NCBI GenBank assembly: GCA_052272245.1
Contig: DAVZKM010000001.1
Location: 1 to 32,032, forward strand
DNA: 32,032 bases
Direction: 5' to 3'
Source: Eubacterium sp.
GTDB taxonomy: Bacteria; Bacillota; Clostridia; Oscillospirales; Acutalibacteraceae
Part shown: piece by piece, positions 27,555-32,032 of the stretch
Layout of the letters: every line of letters begins with the position of its first letter
Numbering within the stretch: the stretch's first letter is position 1
The notes under the pieces: generated by a model
What the model saw: the letters and a program-made list of their open reading frames with translations, nothing else
Database searches by the model: none
What the model was told of the DNA's origin: nothing
Translations under genes and position numbers: made by a program

Positions 27555-29279
27555 ATGGAAAACAAAAATATAAATAGGATTTATGAGCTTTGGCTTGAAA
27601 AGGCAACTGCCGACCCTGATTTAAAAGAAGAATTGCTTTCAATCAATGGCAAGGACGAAGAAATTTTAGACAGATTTTATCGCAGTCTTGAATTCGGAAC
27701 TGCAGGACTTCGAGGCGTTATCGGCGCAGGCACTAACCGAATGAACTATTACACCGTCGGAAGAGCGACGCAGGGACTTGCGGATTTTCTCAACAAGCAT
27801 TTTAAAAATCCGTCAATCGCTATCGGTTACGATTCACGCATCAAGTCTGATTATTTTTCAATTGAAGCAGCAAAAACTCTTGCCGCAAACGGCATTAAGG
27901 TTTATCTCTACGAAGAACTTGAACCCACACCTTGCCTCTCATTTGCAATCAGACATTTCAAAACTTCAAGCGGTATTATTTTAACTGCTTCTCACAACCC
28001 GGCAAAATATAACGGCTACAAATGCTATAACGAAAACGGATATCAAATGACCGACGAGGAAGCAAGCGAAACCTACGATTTCATCCAAAAGGTTGACTAC
28101 TTCACCGGCATTAAGACTATGGACTTTGATGAGGCAAAGCAAAAAGGTCTTATTGAATATATGGGTCAGGACGTTATTGATTTGTTCCTTGACGAGGTAA
28201 TTAAGCAATGCGTTAATTACGGAATTTGTGAAAAAGCTGACCTCAATGTTATTTACACACCGTTAAACGGCACGGGCAACAAGCCGGTAAGAAAAATTCT
28301 TGACAGAATCGGAGTTAAAAAGGTTACTGTTGTTTCTGAGCAGGAAAATCCCGACGGTAACTTTCCAACCTGTCCCTTCCCTAACCCCGAAATTAAGCAA
28401 GCGTTTGAATGTGCGCTCAAGCTTGCAGAAAGTGTTAAACCTGATTTGCTCCTTGCAACAGACCCCGATTGCGACAGAGTAGGCATTGCAGTCAACAACG
28501 GCAAGGGCGATTTTCAGCTTATGACGGGTAACGAAGTCGGCGCAATGCTTCTCAATTACCTTTTATCGCAGAAAAAGGCACAAGGTACACTTTCCGAAAG
28601 TTCAATTGCAGTTAAGTCATTTGTATCAACTGACCTTGCAGAAGTTATTGCAAAGAAATACAACTGCACATTTAAAAATCTTCTCACAGGCTTTAAATAT
28701 ATCGGCGAACTTATAACCGAGCTTGAAAAGCAGGGCAAGGCAAGCGATTTTGTAATGGGTTTTGAGGAGTCCTACGGCTATCTTGCAGGCACTCACGCAA
28801 GGGATAAGGATGCTGTGGTTGCTTCTATGCTCATCTGCGAAATGGCAGCATACTATAAATCTCAGGGCAAAACTCTTATTGACGTTATGAACGGTCTTTA
28901 TGACGAGTTCGGCTACTATTGCAATACCGTTCAAAGCTACACCTTTGAGGGTGCGGCAGGAATGGAAAAAATGGCGGCTATTATGGACAACTTAAGAAAT
29001 AACAAGCCTTCATCATTTTCAGGATATGAGGTTACTAAGATTGACGATTACAAGACCTCAAAATCAACAATTGTTAACACAGGAGAGGAAAGCGAAATCA
29101 CTCTTCCTAAATCAAATGTTCTTGCTTACACGCTTACAAACGGTAACAAAGTAATCGTTCGTCCGTCAGGCACAGAGCCTAAGATCAAGGCATACATTAC
29201 CGCTATCGGCTCAAGCGAGGAAAATGCAAAGGAAATTGCTCAAAAGCTTCTTGACGATGCTGACGAGCTTATGAAATAA
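27555..29279 (+). CDS. pgm: Phosphoglucomutase/phosphomannomutase
   Basis: FGTAGLRG, TASHNP, DPDCDR, FEESYG, RPSGTEPKIK. Confidence 0.95.
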   Translation: MENKNINRIYELWLEKATADPDLKEELLSINGKDEEILDRFYRSLEFGTAGLRGVIGAGTNRMNYYTVGRATQGLADFLNKHFKNPSIAIGYDSRIKSDYFSIEAAKTLAANGIKVYLYEELEPTPCLSFAIRHFKTSSGIILTASHNPAKYNGYKCYNENGYQMTDEEASETYDFIQKVDYFTGIKTMDFDEAKQKGLIEYMGQDVIDLFLDEVIKQCVNYGICEKADLNVIYTPLNGTGNKPVRKILDRIGVKKVTVVSEQENPDGNFPTCPFPNPEIKQAFECALKLAESVKPDLLLATDPDCDRVGIAVNNGKGDFQLMTGNEVGAMLLNYLLSQKKAQGTLSESSIAVKSFVSTDLAEVIAKKYNCTFKNLLTGFKYIGELITELEKQGKASDFVMGFEESYGYLAGTHARDKDAVVASMLICEMAAYYKSQGKTLIDVMNGLYDEFGYYCNTVQSYTFEGAAGMEKMAAIMDNLRNNKPSSFSGYEVTKIDDYKTSKSTIVNTGEESEITLPKSNVLAYTLTNGNKVIVRPSGTEPKIKAYITAIGSSEENAKEIAQKLLDDADELMK

Positions 29280-29292
29280 GGAGATATAAACA

Positions 29293-29388
29293 ATGCAACA
29301 AAAATGGGTTAAGGTAACCGCAGTAATTTTAGCGGCTCTTATGGCTGTCAGCGGCCTCGGCGTAGGCCTCGTAGCGTTAATTAAATAA
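29293..29388 (+). CDS. 31-aa single-TM microprotein MQQKWVKVTAVILAALMAVSGLGVGLVALIK
   Basis: AAGGAGA RBS overlapping the pgm stop; lies before the operon terminator. Confidence 0.7.
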   Translation: MQQKWVKVTAVILAALMAVSGLGVGLVALIK

Positions 29389-29393
29389 GTTTT

Positions 29394-29426
29394 TACAGCA
29401 AGGTAACCGTCGGTCGCCTTGCTGTA
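29394..29426 (+). terminator. Intrinsic terminator of the pgm operon
   Basis: TACAGCAAGG...CCTTGCTGTA stem followed by a short T-run. Confidence 0.75.
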
Positions 29427-29470
29427 TTTGCTTCATTTTTGGATTTTAAAATTAACAATACAATGATAAA

Positions 29471-29522
29471 AAAGGCTGTGAAGAAACTATGCTAAAAATA
29501 GCTTTGAATCTTCGCAGCCTTT
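29471..29522. terminator. Terminator-like inverted repeat at the core/accessory boundary
   Basis: AAAGGCTGTGAAGA...TCTTCGCAGCCTTT flanked by A/T runs. Confidence 0.55.
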
Positions 29523-29610
29523 AATTTTTGGTGATTTGAAGTGAAATATGAAGATAATTCAAATCCACTATCCATATGATTCAAAACAGCATAAAAATAT
29601 GCTCTGATTT

Positions 29611-29641
29611 AAAAATAAAGCAGGATGATTTCTCATCCTGC
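29611..29641 (-). terminator. Intrinsic terminator ending the RHS array
   Basis: GCAGGATGA-4 nt-TCATCCTGC followed by TTTATTTTT on the minus strand. Confidence 0.75.
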
Positions 29642-29694
29642 CCATATTACTTAACACAAAAGAATCGTTCCCTTGTGCATTATTCTATTGATAT

Positions 29695-30033
29695 TTAAAT
29701 TTTATCTAGTTTATAATACAGTATTTTATAAGGAATTGTGTCATCCTCGGTTATTATTTCTATATATTCTTTGTCATTTGAAATATAACACATAGGCGAA
29801 ACTAACCATTGAGAATAAAGAGAATTTCCTTCTTGATATGCCTTTATATTTTTATCTAACACGCAATCTTCAGGTAACGAATCAATATTAATATATATAT
29901 TATTGTTATATTCAATAGTGTTATAATCTTTGCTTACTTTGGCTTCATAAGAATTATACATTAAAACAGAAGAAATAGAAAAAATCATCACTATAAAAAT
30001 GAATAGTATTATTAATTTTCGTGCTTTTTTCAT
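29695..30033 (-). CDS. Membrane-anchored/exported protein, putative immunity protein
   Basis: GGAGG RBS, N-terminal basic-hydrophobic segment; directly follows a toxin-tail-like ORF. Confidence 0.65.
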   Translation of the reverse strand: MKKARKLIILFIFIVMIFSISSVLMYNSYEAKVSKDYNTIEYNNNIYINIDSLPEDCVLDKNIKAYQEGNSLYSQWLVSPMCYISNDKEYIEIITEDDTIPYKILYYKLDKI

Positions 30034-30054
30034 AATAACAATCCTCCATGTGTT

Positions 30055-30528
30055 TTAAATCGTTGATTTATATTTATTAATTGTAGATTTAACGCCTTTA
30101 AGTACATTAGAAAAAGTATTAGGAATTTTTGCAATGTTTTCAAAATCTTTTGCGTTATAATCTATGTTGGTTCCACCAATATCAGTAATTTTAGTATGAC
30201 TAGTTTTATAATTCATTTTATAAAGATAATAGTGGATTGCTAATTCAGCGGCTATTCCTTTTCTAGTTCTTCCTTTTAGCGAGCTACTGTGTATGGATTT
30301 AACCATTTCATATATTGCATCGCCCATTTCATCAAAATACGAACTTAGTGCCACTTGTTTTGCATAATTTTTACTGTTGTCGAAAGTAACAAACTTATTA
30401 GTATATGCTTTGTAAGTAAAATAAGCTTTTGTAGACAAAGCCTTTCCTGCATATAGCTTAATTTCAATAGTTATAGCACTACCATAAGATGAACTGCCAA
30501 CAGCCCACTTTAAGTATAATAACAACAA
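30055..30528 (-). pseudogene. Probable orphan toxin C-terminal fragment
   Basis: 157-codon Lys-rich frame with no recognisable RBS before TTG, placed before an immunity-like gene in an RHS locus. Confidence 0.5.
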
Positions 30529-30549
30529 ATTGATATATAATTTTATTTT

Positions 30550-30989
30550 TTACCAATTATCACTGTCATCAGTTCCTGAGTATTCGAGCAGAACTCTTGA
30601 ATGCTTGGAATAAATTATAGTACCATTTTTAACCTTTTTAGGCATACCATTTACAACACTAAGCTCAATATTATAATCATCAGTTTCAAAAAGATATGGT
30701 GTAGCAAGGGAAAAACTTTTGTGTGCACTTTGGGTATAAAGATATCCCGTTGAATAGTTTGTTTGAACTGTATTATTTTGATTTATATCAAGTTGAATAG
30801 GAATTAATATGGTAAAAATTCCTGCCAAGGCAAATGTCATAATTAATAGTTCTGCAATAATTGCTTTTTTTGTTTTTTTCTTAATATCTCAATTATAAAA
30901 ATTATGAAGCATATTATAAAAAGTGCTATATAAAATAGGCTTTCTTGCAAAAAACATTGATAAAGAATGGATGCATATTGCTTATTCAT
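30550..30989 (-). pseudogene. Two-TM putative immunity protein with a -1 frameshift in poly-A (~30865-30879)
   Basis: GGAGG and ATG 30989 (MNKQYASILY...EILRKK); one more A joins it to TKKAIIAELLI-MTFALAG... of ORF 30550..30840. Confidence 0.65.
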
Positions 30990-31008
30990 TTTGAGCTTTT
31001 CTTTCCTC

Positions 31009-31146
31009 CTATATAATTGTCTTCAATTGATTCCACATATATTTTTTTATTGATGAAGCAACACTTGATATTACATCTTTTATTGCACCATATGTGACAG
31101 AATTTACTCTTATCTTATTAATTGTTATTGCAAAAAAAAGAAAAAA
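31009..31146 (-). pseudogene. Startless toxin-tail remnant ...IRVNSVTYGAIKDVISSVASSIKKYMWNQLKTII*
   Basis: Open frame whose TAG overlaps the RBS (TAGGAGG) of the next immunity-like gene. Confidence 0.4.
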
Positions 31147-31173
31147 TTAATACATATAGATAGACAATTATAT

Positions 31174-31659
31174 TTAGCTAATTTTAGAAAATTTGTAATG
31201 CTTTACTCCAAAAGTGCCATTAAATTCTTTGACTTCTACTTTGTCTCCGACCTCAAAATCAAACGGTATAATTCGAAATTCTGAATAATATATTTCATCA
31301 CCATTTTTGTCACGATAATAAAAACCATCATCAATATTTCTTCCTTCCGGTAAATCAGTAATTTGAATTTGATACTGTTTAGTAGGTGCTTGATTATCAA
31401 ATGCTGTATTTATCCAATAGTAAACTCCCGAACCAAGAGCTGAAATTATAATACTCATAAACAATACTGAAGCTATAGATTTTTCAGTGATTCTTTCTCC
31501 AAAATAAATTACAATAAGAAAAAGAGATAAGACTGTTAGAACTATAAATTGGATAACTCCTATATCGCCGCCAATGAATCCACCATAAAGAATCAATATA
31601 AAGAGCATCATAATCGATAGCAAAAATATTTTTATAACTTTTTTTGCCATAACACTCAT
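31174..31659 (-). CDS. Three-TM protein with soluble C-terminal domain, putative immunity protein
   Basis: Starts 7 nt after the RHS fragment stop; hydrophobic N-terminal half. Confidence 0.7.
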   Translation of the reverse strand: MSVMAKKVIKIFLLSIMMLFILILYGGFIGGDIGVIQFIVLTVLSLFLIVIYFGERITEKSIASVLFMSIIISALGSGVYYWINTAFDNQAPTKQYQIQITDLPEGRNIDDGFYYRDKNGDEIYYSEFRIIPFDFEVGDKVEVKEFNGTFGVKHYKFSKIS

Positions 31660-31666
31660 CCTTTCT

Positions 31667-32032
31667 TTAATTAAGAATATTCATCCAGCCTTTGACGAAT
31701 GGTATTCGAATTTTATTATTTAAATTCCCGTCAGAAATCCAATCTAAAATACCTGAAATTAAGAAGCCTATGCTGTCTGTTATCGCTACAACGTCACCCA
31801 TTTGGTTTGTCATATAGAAATACTGAGTGCCGTTCCATATAAATCCGAGCGGTACTCCGCTTGTATCGTACTGGAAATACATTGTATCTGTTCCATCAGT
31901 TTGCGAAAGAATAACGCCGTCTTTAGTATTGTAATAAGTTGTTTTACCGTTTACGGTTTTACTTGTTCTGATACCGCTTTCATCATAAGTATAGCATACC
32001 GTGTCAAAGCAGGTCAAGCTTGAATCATAAAG
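31667..32032 (-). pseudogene. RHS/YD-repeat protein fragment with in-frame internal deletion
   Basis: YTYDESGIRTSKTVNG...YFQYD...YFYMTNQMGDVVAITDS is typical RHS core. It joins directly to a 34-aa tail with no RYYDP or DPxG motif. The frame is open to the window edge. Confidence 0.8.

Noticed and set aside
31802..32023. 73-aa plus-strand ORF
   Set aside because: Antisense shadow of the RHS fragment.

Overview
Low-GC Firmicute (Clostridia-like) chromosomal segment; the taxonomy is inferred from gene content and sigmaA-type promoters. A ~27 kb housekeeping/carbohydrate core (GH25 muramidase, Fe-ADH, feoAB, a metallophosphoesterase split by an in-frame TAG, two MATE pumps, AlkD-like protein, degenerate PTS EIICB-like protein, radC, DUF6171-like protein, GH51 arabinofuranosidase, Xaa-Pro peptidase, ppa, fumC, YtrA-type GntR/ABC operon, LUD protein, GH3, comM, pgm) is flanked by two visibly AT-richer, minus-strand cassette arrays. 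Left (1-2265): a strictly alternating array of four paralogous ~115-127 aa multi-TM membrane proteins and four homologous signal-peptide micro-ORFs, three absent from the ORF track and one only partly captured. Two are exactly 46 aa, with predicted 19-aa mature peptides MGNILGEFNVLGSVYETEN and MGSITGEFNVLGGVYETEN. Units are joined by 57-81 bp direct repeats and the array runs off the window edge. Right (29695-32032): a collapsed RHS polymorphic toxin locus with three toxin-tail/putative immunity pairs. Other notable elements are a candidate C-rich-loop sRNA (19808-19901), a candidate attenuator leader before a MATE gene, a perfect 39-bp operator palindrome, a 31-aa membrane microprotein after pgm, and a DUF4417-like relic. 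No rRNA, tRNA, CRISPR array or intact transposase was seen. Family assignments come from motif recognition only; no database searches were run.
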